This document shows positions 1 through 13,561 of a DNA stretch of 64,000 bases, piece after piece (the stretch's first letter is position 1; each line of letters opens with the position of its first letter). This DNA comes from Octopus vulgaris (taxonomy: Eukaryota). The translations under genes and the position numbers were made by a program. The notes under the pieces were generated by a model. It had not been told where the DNA came from and made no database searches. It saw only the letters and a program-made list of their open reading frames with translations. The stretch covers positions 43,648,001 through 43,712,000 of the forward strand of contig OX597830.1 of the NCBI GenBank assembly GCA_951406725.2. Direction: 5' to 3'.

Positions 1-386
1 GAGTGTTGGCTTCATCACTTTGAACCAGAGACAAAGAGACAATCTATTCAGTGGAAATGCCATTCCTCACCTGCTCTAAAGAAGGCTGAGTTCATTTCAT
101 CTACTGGGAAAATGATGGCCCCTGTACTTTTTTAATGCAAAAGGCATTGCGTTTTCTGAATGTCTTCAAATGGAAAGTGCTTCGCCAACTTGCTGAGGCA
201 GTTACAAAAGGCTATCAGGATCAACTGCCCAGGAAAACAAACAAAAGGGATCTTATTTCATCAGTACAATGTTCCAGCACCCAAACCCTTGGTTTCAATG
301 GCTGCTATTCTTCGGATTTGTCCCTATCTGATTACATCATCTGACTCCCAACATGAAAAATCATTTGGCTAGGAACCAGTATCACA

Positions 387-1278
<892 letters not shown>

Positions 1279-1294
<16 letters not shown>

Positions 1295-2130
1295 GTAAAT
1301 GGCACCTGTGAATCATAGTCACGGCTGTTGCTGATGTCATGCAAATGGCACTCATGCTGGTGGCACATAAAAACGCACATTACACTCTTGGAGTAATTGG
1401 CTTTAGGAAGGGTATCCAGCCACAGAAACCATGCCAAATCAAACTGCATCTGATAAGCTCTGGGGCTTATCAGATGCAGTCAGACTGTCTGACCCATGCC
1501 AGTATGGCGAGTGGGCATTAAATGATGAGATATATATATATCATTATCATTTAACATCCGCTTTCCATGCTGGCATGGGTTAGACGGTTTGACTGAGGAC
1601 TGGCAAGCCAGATGGCTGCACCAGGTTCGAATCTGATCTGGCAGAGTTTCTACAGCTGGATGTCCTTCCTAATATCAACCACTCCAAGAGTGTAGTGGGT
1701 GCTTTTACGTGCCACTGGCACGAGGGCCAGTCAGGCAGTACTGGCAACAGCCATGCTCATGGTGCTTATATACATACATACATATATATATGCATCACCT
1801 TACTGGCACTTGCACTAGTGGCATGTGAAAAAACATTCAAGCGAGGTCATTGCCAGTGCCGCTGGACTGGCTCCTCTGCAAGTGGAACGTAACAAACACC
1901 ATTTGAGCATGGCCATTGCCAGTACTGCCTGACTGGCCCTCGTGCCGGTGGCATGTAAAAGCACCCACTACACTCTCGGAGTGGTTGGCGTTAGGAAGGG
2001 CATCCACCTGTAGAAATTCTGCCAGATCAGATTGGAGCCTGGTGCAGCCATCTGGTTCACCAGTCCTCAGTCAAATCGCCCAACCCATGCCAGCATGGAA
2101 AGCGGACGTTAAACGATGATGATGATGATA
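1279..2130. mobile_element. Three RTE 3'-UTR fragments (1279-1530 +, 1541-1770 -, 1803-2130 +)
   Basis: Each matches the 3' UTR at 6560-6860 (ttaggaagggcatccagc ... ggacgttaaacgatgatgat). Confidence 0.85.
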
Positions 2131-2837
2131 ATATACGTATATATATATATATATGTATGTTTTTGTGTCAGTGTTTGTTTCTCACCACCATTTGACAACT
2201 AGTGTTGATGTTTTTACATCCCTATAACTTAGTGGTTCAGTAAAAGAGACCAATAGAATAAGCACTAAGCTTAAAAAAATAAATCTACAGGTCAATTTGT
2301 TCAACTAAAACCTTTCAAGACAATGCCCCAGCAAAATGCCTGAAACAAGAAAGAGATTAAAAAAAACAATATGTACATAGATCATACACCAGGTCACTCT
2401 GAATGCAACTTGTAACACAATCCAATTGAACTTGTCACCTACATGCCATCAGCAACTATACTGGCATCCTGACCAGGTGGTTGACCTGGTGAGGAGGGTT
2501 GCTAAACACTTAACAAGGTGAAAATCTGACCTGTCAGAAAAGATAGATGACCATTTCGCAGTAGACGAGAGCAAAGCAGGAAAAATCTCAAAAATGCCAG
2601 CATGCGGTTTGATAAGTTGCATTGTGGATACACTAGATATTCTGTGTGTTCCAGGCTCTGCCTGCAATCTGCTGGACATATGCTTGGTAGCAATATTAGT
2701 CCAGCTTTCCATACGATATGCACAACAATAGTAAGGGACAGATCAGCATCGATCTGTTTGGATTATGCATAACTAATTTCCCTTTAATACATTGTTCTGT
2801 GCCTGGTGCATATTGTGCACCAGTTCAAGTTACACAT

Positions 2838-3258
2838 TATTATCATCATCATCATTAGTGTCTGCTTTCCATGCAGGCATGGGATGGACAGTTTGACTGA
2901 TACTGGTTAGCCAGAAAGCTGCACCAAATTCCAGTCTGATTTGGTATGGTTTCTATGGCTGGATGCCCTTCCTAATACCAACTACCCCAAGAGCGTAATG
3001 GATGTCTTTCACATGCCACTAGCACTGGTGCCAATTACAAGACACTGGCATTGGCCATGACTACGATTTCACTTGGCTTGACAAGTCTTCTCAAGCATGA
3101 CATATTGCTATGGCTCAGTCATTTGTCATTACTTCTGTGAGGCCCAATATTCAAAGATCATGCTTCACCACCTTGTCCCATGTCTTCCTGGGTCTATATC
3201 TTCTACAGGTTTCCTCCACAGTTAGAGATCAGCACTTCTTTATACAGCTGTCCTCAAT
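2838..3258 (-). mobile_element. 5'-truncated RTE (ORF end + 3' UTR)
   Basis: Reverse match to 6230-6860 with (cat)n tail at the left end. Confidence 0.8.
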
Positions 3259-3537
3259 TAGGAGGAAATGAGATAATCTCTACACAAACTTACTCCTCTT
3301 AAAACAAATGCTCTGTGTAGTTGTTCCTTCCTTTTCCAATATATTTTAGTCTTAGAGCTATTTTGTCTGCCTAGAGTTCAAATTCCACCAAGATCGACTT
3401 TGCCTTTCATCTTTTCAGGGTCGATAAATTAAGAGCCAGTTGTGTACTGGAGTCAATCTAATCGACTGCCCCTCACCCACCCCCATCCCCAAAAATTCTC
3501 AATTTGTCTAGAGAAGAAAAGAAAAGAATATATTTTA

Positions 3538-6500
3538 GAACACAGGTACAAGATTTTCTGGGCAGGGAACACTGACGGGTTTGGGGGTGTGAGTATACTT
3601 CTAGCTGAAAAATGGGCAGATAAGGTAATAGAGGTAATCAGAGTAAGTGACAGAATACTTAAGATTAGATTAGTGCTACATCATGGATTAGCAACCATTA
3701 TATCGGCCTATGCCCCTCAGCCGGGGCTACCCGATGGACAGAAAGACCGATTCTATGACACCCTACTGCAGACTACCTCGTTGACGAACGACAGAGAACC
3801 TTCTCTTTGTGGCTGGTGACTTCAACGGTCACGTTGGATGACATGCTGGGGGCTTCCATGGTGTACATGGGGGTTATGGTTCCCGCAACGAGGAGGGAAC
3901 CAGGCTGCTGGAGTTCTGTGATGCAAATGATCTTATGGTTTGCAACACTAACTTCAGGAAACCTACCAGCCACCTAGTCACCTACCGATCGGGCCGACAT
4001 ACCAGCCAAATTGACTACATCCTTGCCAGGAAAAGGGAAAGATGGCTGCTTATAAATGCCAAAACCTTCCCAGGCGAAAAATGTACCCCACAACATAAAC
4101 TGGTAGTTAGTGACTTTAGGATCAGGACTAAGAGGACGACCAGAAGACAACCAACATGGAGAAGAAGGATCTGGAAGGTTAAAGATCCTGCGAATGGACA
4201 GAGACTTAGGGACATATTACTTGAAGCCTTTGACAAAGTAGAAGGGGATATAGCTTCACATGGGGTGAAGATAACTGGAGGTCCCTAAGGGACAACCTGC
4301 TGAGAGCCACGGACCAGATCTGTGGCTGGTGCAAAGTCCCCTCTCGACCCAAAATAACGTGGTGGTGGAACAATGTTGTAGACAGGGCCATTAGAGAAAA
4401 AAGACAGGCTTGGAAGGACTGGAAAAATGGTGGTAGCAGGGAATTGTATCAGACTACTAAAAGAGAAGCTAGGAGACAGGTTTATTTAGCCAGAGGGGAA
4501 GCAGATAAGAAAAAATTTGCCAATGTTCTGCGCCGTGAGGACCAAAGACTTGAGGTATTCCGTGTTGCAAGACAGTGTGTGAGAGAGAATCATGATGTGA
4601 TAGGAGAGAAATGTGTTCGCATGGATGATGGTTCACTTGCGCTAAATGAGGATGCAAAGAGAGAGGTTTGGAGACATCATTATAAGAGGCTGCTAAATAA
4701 GGAAAATGAATGGGATAAAGAGAGTCTGCCGAATGTCGACCCAACAGAGCTACCAGCTATCCGAGTTGACAGTTCCTTAGTAGTTAAGGCAATTAGTAGC
4801 ATGAAGACAGGGAAAGCCCCAGGACCATCAGGAATTACTGCAGAAATGCTTAAAATATCTGGCAGTGTCGGCTATAGCCTAGTCACCCGTATAGTTAACC
4901 AGGTGATACACGAAGGAGTCATACCCAATGACTGGTGTAGCAGCATAATAGTCAACTGCTACAAAGGTAAGGGTGACGCTTTAGATACAAATAATTACAG
5001 AGGTATCAAGCTGTTGGATCAGGTAATGAAGGTTACGGAGAGGGTCATAGCCCAACTGATTAAGGAGAGAGTCTGCTTGGATGAGATGCAGTTTGGTTTC
5101 GTGCCAGGAAAAAGCACAACTGATGCCATATTTCTGGTGAGACAGCTGCAGGAGAAATACCTAGCCAAGGATAAGCCCCTGTACCTGGCTTTCGTTGACA
5201 TGGAGAAAGCCTTTGACAGGGTCCCCCGATCCCTTATCTGGTGGTCAATGAGGAAACTAGGGATAGATGAATGGTTAGTGAGAGCTGTGCAAGCCATGTA
5301 CAGAGATGCTGTAAGTAAGGTGAGGGTTGGCAACGAGTACACTAAAGAATTCAAAGTAGAGGTAGGGGTCCACCAAGGTTCAGTCCTCAGCCCCTCCTAT
5401 TTATCATAGTCCTCCAAGCAATAACAAAGGAATTCAAGACAGGATGCCCCTGGGAGCTCCTATATGCTGATGACTTTGCTCTAATTGCTGAGTCACTATC
5501 AGAACTAGAGGCAAAGTTTCAATGTGGAGACAAAGATTAGAATCGAAGGGCCTTAAAATCAAACTAGCTAAAACCAAAGTCTTAATATGTAGGAAGGCAG
5601 GCAAATCACAAACGCCTTCAGGTAGATGGCCCTGCTCGATCTGTAGAAAAGGCATAGGTAGAAACTCTATAAGATGTACCCAGTGTAAGCTATGGACACA
5701 TAAGAGGTGCAGCAATGTCAAAGGAAAACTAACTGGGAAGATAGTTTTTGTATGTGGCAGATGCTCAGGAGCAATAAACACTGAAAATGCTCAGAGACCA
5801 TCTTCCGCCACATTCCAGGGAGAAAAACTAGAAGTAGTTGATAGCTTCCGTTACCTAGGTGACCAAGTCAGTAGCGGGGGTGGGTGTGCTGAAAGTGTAA
5901 CTGCTAGAGTAAGAATAGCCTGGGCAAAGTTCAGAGAGCTCTTACCTCTGCTGGTGACAAAAGGCCTCTCGCTCAGAACAAAAGGCAGACTGTATGACGC
6001 ATGTGTATGAACAGCCATGCTACATGGCAGGGAAACATGGGCCGTGACTGCTGAGGATAAGCGTAAGCTCACAAGAAATGAAGCCAGTATGATCCGATGG
6101 ATGTGTAATGTCAGTGTTCATACTCGACAGAGTGTAAGTACCTTGAGAGAAAAGTTGGACCTAAGAAGCATCAGTTGTGGTGTGCAAGAGAGACGTCTGT
6201 GCTGGTATGGTCATGTAGCGAGAATGGATGAAGATAGTTGTGTGAAACATGTCACACCTTGGCAGTTGAGGGAACCTGTGGAAGAGGTAGACCCAGGAAA
6301 ACCTGGGACGAAGTGGTGAAGAATGACCTTTGAACTTTAGGTCTCACTGAGGAAATGACCAGAGACCGAGACCTTTGGAAGTATGCTGTGCGTGGGAAGA
6401 CCCGGCAGGACAAGTGAGACCATAACCCGTGGCCTCTACCTGGGACGTAGCCAGCCCACTTATGCATACCTTTCCTTCGTGTGACACAAACCCTACTTGT

Positions 6501-6860
6501 GAAGACCTGTTGAGACAAGTGAAAATCGAAATCGAAATCTTTCAACATCAATGGAAATTGTAGCTGAGATACCAGTGCCGGTGGCACGTAAGAGAACCAT
6601 CCGAATGTGGCCGTTGCCAGTGCCGCCCCGATTGGCCTCCGTGCCGATGGCACGGAGGCCAATCTGGCACCTGCACAGGTGGCACATAAAAAGCACCCAC
6701 TACACTCTTAGAGTGGTTGGCGTTAGGAAGGGCATCCAGCTGTAGAAACACTGCCAGATCAGACTGGGCCTGGCGCAGCCTTCTAGCTTCCCAGATCCCA
6801 TTTGAACCGTCCAACCCATGCTAGCATGGAAAACGGACGTTAAACGATGATGATGATGAT
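3538..6860 (+). mobile_element. RTE-clade LINE, 5'-truncated and frameshifted; APE endonuclease, RT, internal PHD-like finger, (GAT)n tail
   Basis: ORF pieces 3442-3819, 3935-4288, 4444-5409, 5522-6010 and 6017-6319 carry IISAYAPQ, GDFNGH, SQIDYIL, NYRGIKLL, QFGF, FVDMEKAFDRV, GVHQGSVLSP, LYADD (~5460) and FRYLG; stop near 6417, then the 3' UTR. Confidence 0.95.
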
Positions 6861-6865
6861 TTCTC

Positions 6866-7400
6866 AAGGCGGTAATCTGGCAGAATGGTTAGCATGCAGG
6901 GAAAAAATGCTTAGTAGCATTTCGTTCGTCTTTACATTCTAAGTTCAAATTCCTTTCATCCTTTTGGGTTCAATAAAATAAGTACCAGCTAAGTAGCGGG
7001 ACTAACATAATCAGCTTGTTCTTCTGCCCCGCCACCTAATTTGCTGGCCTTATGCCAATATATTTTATCCTTTATTAATGAGGATTTGTGAAGACGTGTG
7101 GCTTAATGGTTAGGGGCATTAGGCTCACGATTGTAAGGTCGTGAGTTCAATTCCCAGCGAGGCGTTGTGTCCTTGAGCAAGACACTTTATTTTACGTTGC
7201 TCCAGTCCACTCAGCTGGCAAAAATGAGTAACACTTGTATATCAAAGGGCCAGCCTTGTCACACTGAACCTCCCCTGGGAACTACGTTAACGGTACACAT
7301 GTCTGTGGAATGCTCAGCCACTTGCACATTAATTTCACGAGCAGGCTGTTCCGTTGATTGTATCAACTGGAACCCTCGACGTCGTAACCGATGGAGTGCT
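6866..7400 (+). mobile_element. SINE family B (6866-7060) followed by SINE family C (7092-7400)
   Basis: B: ctggcagaa..gttagca..gttcaaattcc..tttcatccttt..aaaataagtacca. C: tggcttaatggttagg..gagttcaattccc..gtgtccttgagcaagacac. Both families recur in the window. Confidence 0.75.
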
Positions 7401-8581
7401 CCTTTTAATGAGGATCTATATGATGTTTTCGACGGGAGAGTTCATTACTAGATATTAATGTTGTTGTTGACACCTATCTTATATCTAACGAAGTTTAGCC
7501 TCCTCGCCCCCACCTGTCAATTAACTAACACACACTATGGTTTTGTGCTGTGCATGAAGGAATAAAAAGGTAAATAAAAAGACATCAGGTTATGTGAAAG
7601 AATCTGAAATTGTTACTAAGCAATTAAACAAACTTTCTCTCCTCCAAATGAAGGAAGTAAATATTAATCTACTTGTTCGACACCGGAAACACGCCTCTTC
7701 TAATTTCACCGGTGCAAAAAGAAAACAAGTCCGAAGCAATTGTAGATATGCTGCTGCGGAAGCGAGTGAAACTAACTACAAATACTAGGAGGGCATTTAG
7801 TCCAGGCTTTTACTGTCTCTGCAAACTACAGCTCTCACGGAAGAACCTTTGTAGTATTCATTCTAGTTCTTTACATTCCTAGTTCAAATCTCATCGCTGT
7901 CCACTTCACCTTTCATTTTTCCGAGATTGATTAAAATAAAATACCAGTTTAATACAGGGGTTAATATAATGGACTGTCTTCTCTCCACAAAAAAGTATTG
8001 TACCTATGCCAGAAATTATTAGAAACAATATATTGTTTAAGTTATTGGTTTTCTAAGTTGTATTGGTTAATTGCATATGTTGTTTATGTTTGTTTCTGTT
8101 AAAATCTAATGAACATTATGCTATAATTGCTTTTTCGATATCAGAATACAATAACATTGTTATTATTATTTATTAGGTAGCTTATATAATCGTTGCAAAA
8201 TGTTTATATTTCGTAAAAACCAAAACAAAAGGAAGATGCACGTTTCGAAAAATTAAGCAAAGTAAGATGTCAAATATTGCGAATAGATGTTTTGAAAACA
8301 TAATATAACATAGCATTTAAAATGCAAAGAGAATAAATACATCATACAATACATATTGAGTCCGAGCAAGCACTATATCTGAATAAATTTTCTGATAATA
8401 AACATTGTCTTCAAATTGTTAAATACGAGACTGTAAAGTGTATATGACATTTGTCTAATTGTTTAAAACGAATATAAAACTAAATGTTTTTCTCAGTTGG
8501 AGAAAGAACATGTTACAATATCGGAAAACATTATTTAGACAACATATGAAAAGCTAATTTACACCCGACAAAATATCCTAC

Positions 8582-8644
8582 CTCGATATTTTCATGAGAA
8601 AATGTATCAAAAAACAGCAACTCCACTTGAGTAGAATCCGCCAT
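8582..8644 (-). CDS. VIRMA: First coding exon of virilizer homolog (m6A writer complex subunit, KIAA1429)
   Basis: aaaATGGCG start; encodes MADSTQVELLFFDTFSHENIE, then phase-0 donor GAG|GTAGGA. Matches the recalled VIRMA N-terminus (human MAVDSAMELLFLDTFKHPSAE). No later exon recognised within the window. Confidence 0.9.
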
Positions 8645-9015
8645 TTTTAATATAAAGTTATCTCCCTTTGTAAACGGTGCCAAAGGAATAGGATTCTACT
8701 GTTTTATATTGTTCCAAATACGTAAAACAGGGTTTAAAATAACTGCGTGCACCTGAGGTTATCCTAACAATAACTATGCAAAAATGCCCTCTGGCCGTGT
8801 TTAAAACCTGAAAATGATAAGTGCTTGTGATAAATTTAATATAGTTTAACAGAAATATTTGGATAATGTAGACAATTGTAGTGAATCTGTCCTTTGAAGC
8901 CCATAAAAGCAACGGACGTATTTTAAGCTTCACTAGATTTTTTTGGTAAAGTATATTCTGCCTAGTTACTGAGACTAAGATTATCCAATGTGTATGGAGA
9001 GAGAAATCGCGGTAA
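8636..9015. promoter_or_regulatory. Putative VIRMA 5' UTR and promoter
   Basis: Repeat-free, CpG-retaining sequence upstream of the ATG; YY1-type ccgccatttt overlaps the start codon. TSS not determinable. Confidence 0.55.
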
Positions 9016-9111
9016 TTTAGAAATATTCATTATAAATATCAACAATACAGCTGAGGAAAATTACCTCATGAGAGAGAGATCTACATAAAGAGTTCTAAAT
9101 AGGCATGAGTG

Positions 9112-9250
9112 TAGCACAAAAGCCCCCTAGGACAAAATCCCTCTAGGACAAAAGCCCCTCGGACAAAAGCCTCATAGTTAAAGTGTGAAAGTGGACAAAA
9201 GCCTCACAGTTATATTTTTCAATTATTTTTAACACTTTTTTCACTTTTTA
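9112..9250 (+). repeat. Iterated ggacaaaagccc subterminal repeats, probably one end of a DNA transposon or MITE
   Basis: Five copies of (gg)acaaaa(g/t)cc within about 100 bp. Confidence 0.5.
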
Positions 9251-10732
9251 CTTATTTCAATCATTAGACTGTGGCAATGCTGTTGCTGCTGCTGCTGGTG
9301 GTGGTGGTGGAGTGGGCTGCCTGAATTGTTAGAAGCAACATGCTTAGCAGCATTTCATGTCTTTACGTTCTCAGTTCAAATTCTGCCGAGGTTGACTTTG
9401 CCTTTCAGCTTTTCAAGGTCAATAAAATAAGTACCAGTTGAATACTAAGGGGTCAATGTAATTGACTCTCCCCACTCCCACTCCTCACTCAAAATTGCTG
9501 ACCTTACACCAAAATGTGAAACCAATTTAACATGCAATTGTTTAAGGTTATGCTAATAATAAAATAGCAACTTGTTATACAATTTTTTTTTCAATGAGTC
9601 AGTCAAAGGAGAAAGATGAGCAGCATCCATGATTTTTGCAGATTCTCTCAATTGTTGAGATGAATGTGATCAATGCTCAGTCTGAACATTTGCTGAAAAT
9701 CATCAAAAGTAAGCAGTCTGACCCAATAGGTTGTGACATAGAAAACTCCATTGAAAGCATTGAGACCCCAGGACCTTGTGCCTAGAGTAGAAGAGAATAT
9801 AATATCTTTTAAAATTCAAGAATTTTATTTCCCTTCAACATTTGATCAGCTCTCTGAGTTCAAGCCTAATGTTCATCAAAAGCGTAGGTGTGTCCTTTCT
9901 TTGTCACCATTTTCCCTACCAAGGACCCCTTTTATTTAAATGAGTTTTCCCAAGCACCCCAGGATATTGAAAGGTCTGTCAGCTTAACATGTTCACGGAC
10001 CCCCCACAACCCCGCCCACTTCTACCTTTGCAGACCACCAGGTGTCCACAGATCACAAGTTGTGAACCACTGGGTTAGGATGTTCGACTCAGGACCATTA
10101 GGCCATGAGTTCAGTTCCCAGTGGTGCATTCTGTCCTTGAGCAAAACACTTTATTTCATGTTGCTCCAGTCCACTCACCTGACAAAAATGAGTTGTACCT
10201 GTAATAAAAAGGGCTGGCCTTGCCACATTCCACATCATGTTGAATCTTTCTGAGAACTACATTAAGGGGATGCATGTCTGTGGAGTGCTCAACCACTTGT
10301 AAATTAATTTCACAAACAGGCTTCTCTCCTGATCAGATCAACTGGAATCCTTGTCATAACTGACAGAGCACCAGTATTGCTACCCTTCACTAATATACTA
10401 CAACCAGTTCTACTTCCTTGTTAAAAAGCACCCACTCTCAGAGTGGTTGGCGTTAGGAAGGGCATCCAGCTGTAGAAACAATACCAGATCAGATTGGAGC
10501 CTGGTGCAGCTGCTGGCTTTCCAGACCTCAATCAAACCGTCCAACCCATGCCAGCATGGAAAATGGATGTTAAACAATGATGATAATGACGATGATGATG
10601 ATTCCTGTAAGGAACACCATAGAGTATTTCTGTTATTCTTGCTTATTGTAAGTCAGATTGAACAGAACTATAATCAAAGGTATTTCAGTCATGACCATCT
10701 TGTCCTTCTTACAGGTATTGCATATCTTGCAC

Positions 10733-10942
10733 TACAAGGGGCTGCTGAAATGTTCCTGGCTTTAAGAGTATCACAAAAGGCCTTATTGGAGGCTCAAACT
10801 TTCGAGTTCTTTCACAGGGCTTAGAAAAACTTAAGGACCACTGTAATCTGAGAGGGGAATATATTGAATAAAATCATAATTAATTGATCCTCCTATATTT
10901 TCTTTTACCCAAAGCTAGGAACTTCTCAGCCTTACCCCTTTG
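10733..10942 (+). mobile_element. Internally deleted mariner (MITE-sized)
   Basis: Degenerate TIRs aaggggctgctgaaatgttcctggcttt / aaagctaggaacttctcagccttacccctt; retains a C-terminal LRGEYIE* remnant. Confidence 0.6.
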
Positions 10943-12629
10943 TGTATGAGAGATTCTCAGCCAGGGTGCATATGACTAAATTCTTTGTTATATTTAAAAA
11001 CTAATTGAAAGAAACACAGAACATCTCAACAAAAATGCAGTAGCAAAAACGGTTAAGACAGTGAGCTGGTAGAATCATTAGCATGACATGTCAAAGTACC
11101 TGGCTGCATTTTATCTGTCTTTAGCTTCTGAGTTCAAATTCCACCAAGGTTGACTTTATTGTTCATCCTTTAGAGGTTGATAAAATAAGTACCAGTTGAA
11201 CCTGGGGGTTGATGTAATTGATTTGCCTCCTACCCCGAAATTGCTGGCCTTGTGCCTAAATTTGAAACCAATATTTAATAGTTTTTACACGGTAAATTCG
11301 TTGTTAATGAGCAGCTGGTGCTTATCCATCCTGGCACTGAGAATTAGTGCTTGAAAATTAACATAATTATGCATTAGTCTATACAAAATGAACCTACATA
11401 AAATACACCAAAATTTCTATTTCAAACAAGAAGTTAGTTATTGACACTATTATTGTTGTGATTTTAGTTTTGATCACGTGACTTTGATTGTCTTGATTGC
11501 TGTTATTTGCCTGCAGTGCAACTGTGTAGAGTTCTGTTTACAGCACAACATGTTCAGTGTTAGTTTTCAGTTAGTCGAAACTGTAGCAACTCTCTGCATA
11601 AAACTGTTATTGCGTTGAAGTTTAGTCTTACTTACAATTTAACAATCTTTGTTTGTATTGTAGATTACTGTATTTTTAGTTGATTAAAACTTTTTAAACT
11701 TAGACATTCCAGTTTGGGTTAATAACAATCATTATCATCATCATCGTCATTTTAATGTTCACTTCTCCATGCTTGCATAGGACAGGCATAATTTTCCTGG
11801 GGCAGATTTTTACAGCTGGATGCTCTGCCTGTTGCTAACCCTCACCTGTTTCCAAGTAAGGTAATATTTCACTAAGGCTAGACATGTTTTTATGGAAATT
11901 TAGTAACAAAGGATTCTGCTTAAATGATGGCAAAGTTTATTTACAGCTATCATGTGATGTCAAGGCAAATGGAGCAGTAACACACACACACACATACAAT
12001 GGGCTTCTTTCAGTTTCTATCTGCCAAATCCACTCACAAGAGCAATAGCAGAAGACATTTATCCAAGGTACTATGCACTAGGACTGAACTTGAGACCACA
12101 TGGTTGGAAAGCAAGCTTCTTAGCCTCACATCCATACCTGACATACAGAATTAATGTTTAGTGTTTGGTTTCCTTTTTGCCAACTGGCAGAGTTATTTAG
12201 AAACAGGTGAAATACCTGTGAATTATTGGTTTCCAATATTGGTAGATGGCCAGCAACTTTGGGGGAGGGGCTGAGTTGATTATATTGACTCCAGTTTTCA
12301 ACTGGTATTTTTTCATTGACCCCAAACGGATGAAAGGCAAAGTCAACCTCAGTGGCACTGAACTCAAGAACATAAAGATGCCCTGCATCCTAATGATTCT
12401 GGCAGTTCACCACCACCTTGATGCACTTGTTAATTGGGTGCCCCGCTTCGGTCATGAATGACTGTGGGATTGCACCTAGAAAGTTACCTTCCGAGGCACA
12501 AGCCCGGGCAAGGTTGTTTAAGGAAGACAAGCAGTCACTCATGCATACCAGCATCTCCTCTCCACACCACTGATGTTATCCAAGAGAAAGGCAAAGGCCA
12601 ATACAGCTTGGCACCAGTGATGTCACTGT

Positions 12630-13510
12630 GGTGTGTGCGAAAGATTTGAAATAAAGGCACCTACCTTCTCTTCGCTCTGATGGAGACCCTTCAGTGGTAA
12701 CGGATCCTTCGACACAGCCCGACCCAAACGCTAGAGATAGCAGCTGCTTCACCCAACCTTAGCAACGTGTTCACCCGTCTTAACACCTCAACGACCCTGG
12801 CTCGAAAGGCAGAAATCCTTTTTGCATTCTTGCTTGTTTATCCTATCATTTTTAATTCAGACCATTTTTTGAAGTGGAATTTATTATAATGTCTAGCATT
12901 TAGCAATTGTATGATTGGTGTTAATTATGGTGTATTTTTCTGTGATGTATAAAGGGTACAGCCTTAAGACATTTATTGGATGGCCGTTGATTCTCAAGAG
13001 TTCCTCTGCCCTTTGATGGGTTTTGTTTTTCATCCCGCAGGGTGTCCAATAAGCACCCTCCTCACCAAGCAAGCTTGGTGGGGTTGCCGGTTTAGTCGCC
13101 GACAACCCGACCATGCAACAGGTTGTACTGGGTTACAATAAATGTCTTAAGGCTGTATCATGCGCGGAGACATAGAAATAATTGGACTGAATACCCGATC
13201 ACGCGGTTAAACCATTGGGAGCGAAGGACTCCAAGCCTTTGTTAGGGCATCCTTCTAGGAGAAGGTAACTCAGGTAACTGGGATAACTCTGACATAAAAC
13301 CTGCGGCTCAGTGGTTACCAATGATGTTGACTTGTTCTTCTTTTCAGATTAGGGCTACTGTTGCTTAGTGAGTGGGATTGACTCAGTGCACAGCCTTTCC
13401 TCACTTTAAAAAAAATCTTCTTGCACAGGCATTGCATGATAACAACATTGATTAAGCTTCGTGCAATGGCTATACTCGATAACGAGGGGGCAGCCACCAC
13501 CATAAAGGGT
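12630..13510. mobile_element. Probable non-LTR retrotransposon 5'-UTR fragment with internal inversion
   Basis: Relatively CpG-rich; gggcatccttctaggagaaggtaactc resembles LINE 5'-UTR motifs; 22-bp inverted duplication at 12957-12978 / 13137-13158. Confidence 0.4.
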
Positions 13511-13561
13511 CAAATTCAAGAAGCATTTACATACAGGGCACAGCGTTTATAATTTTCCATT

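Noticed and set aside
2449-2723. Minus-strand ORFs as a possible VIRMA exon 2
   Set aside because: No similarity to the expected continuation (xxDxVxFPxxVxIxEVRxIP).
7092-7155. tRNA-like A/B boxes
   Set aside because: Heads of multi-copy SINEs continuing into SINE body; no complete cloverleaf.
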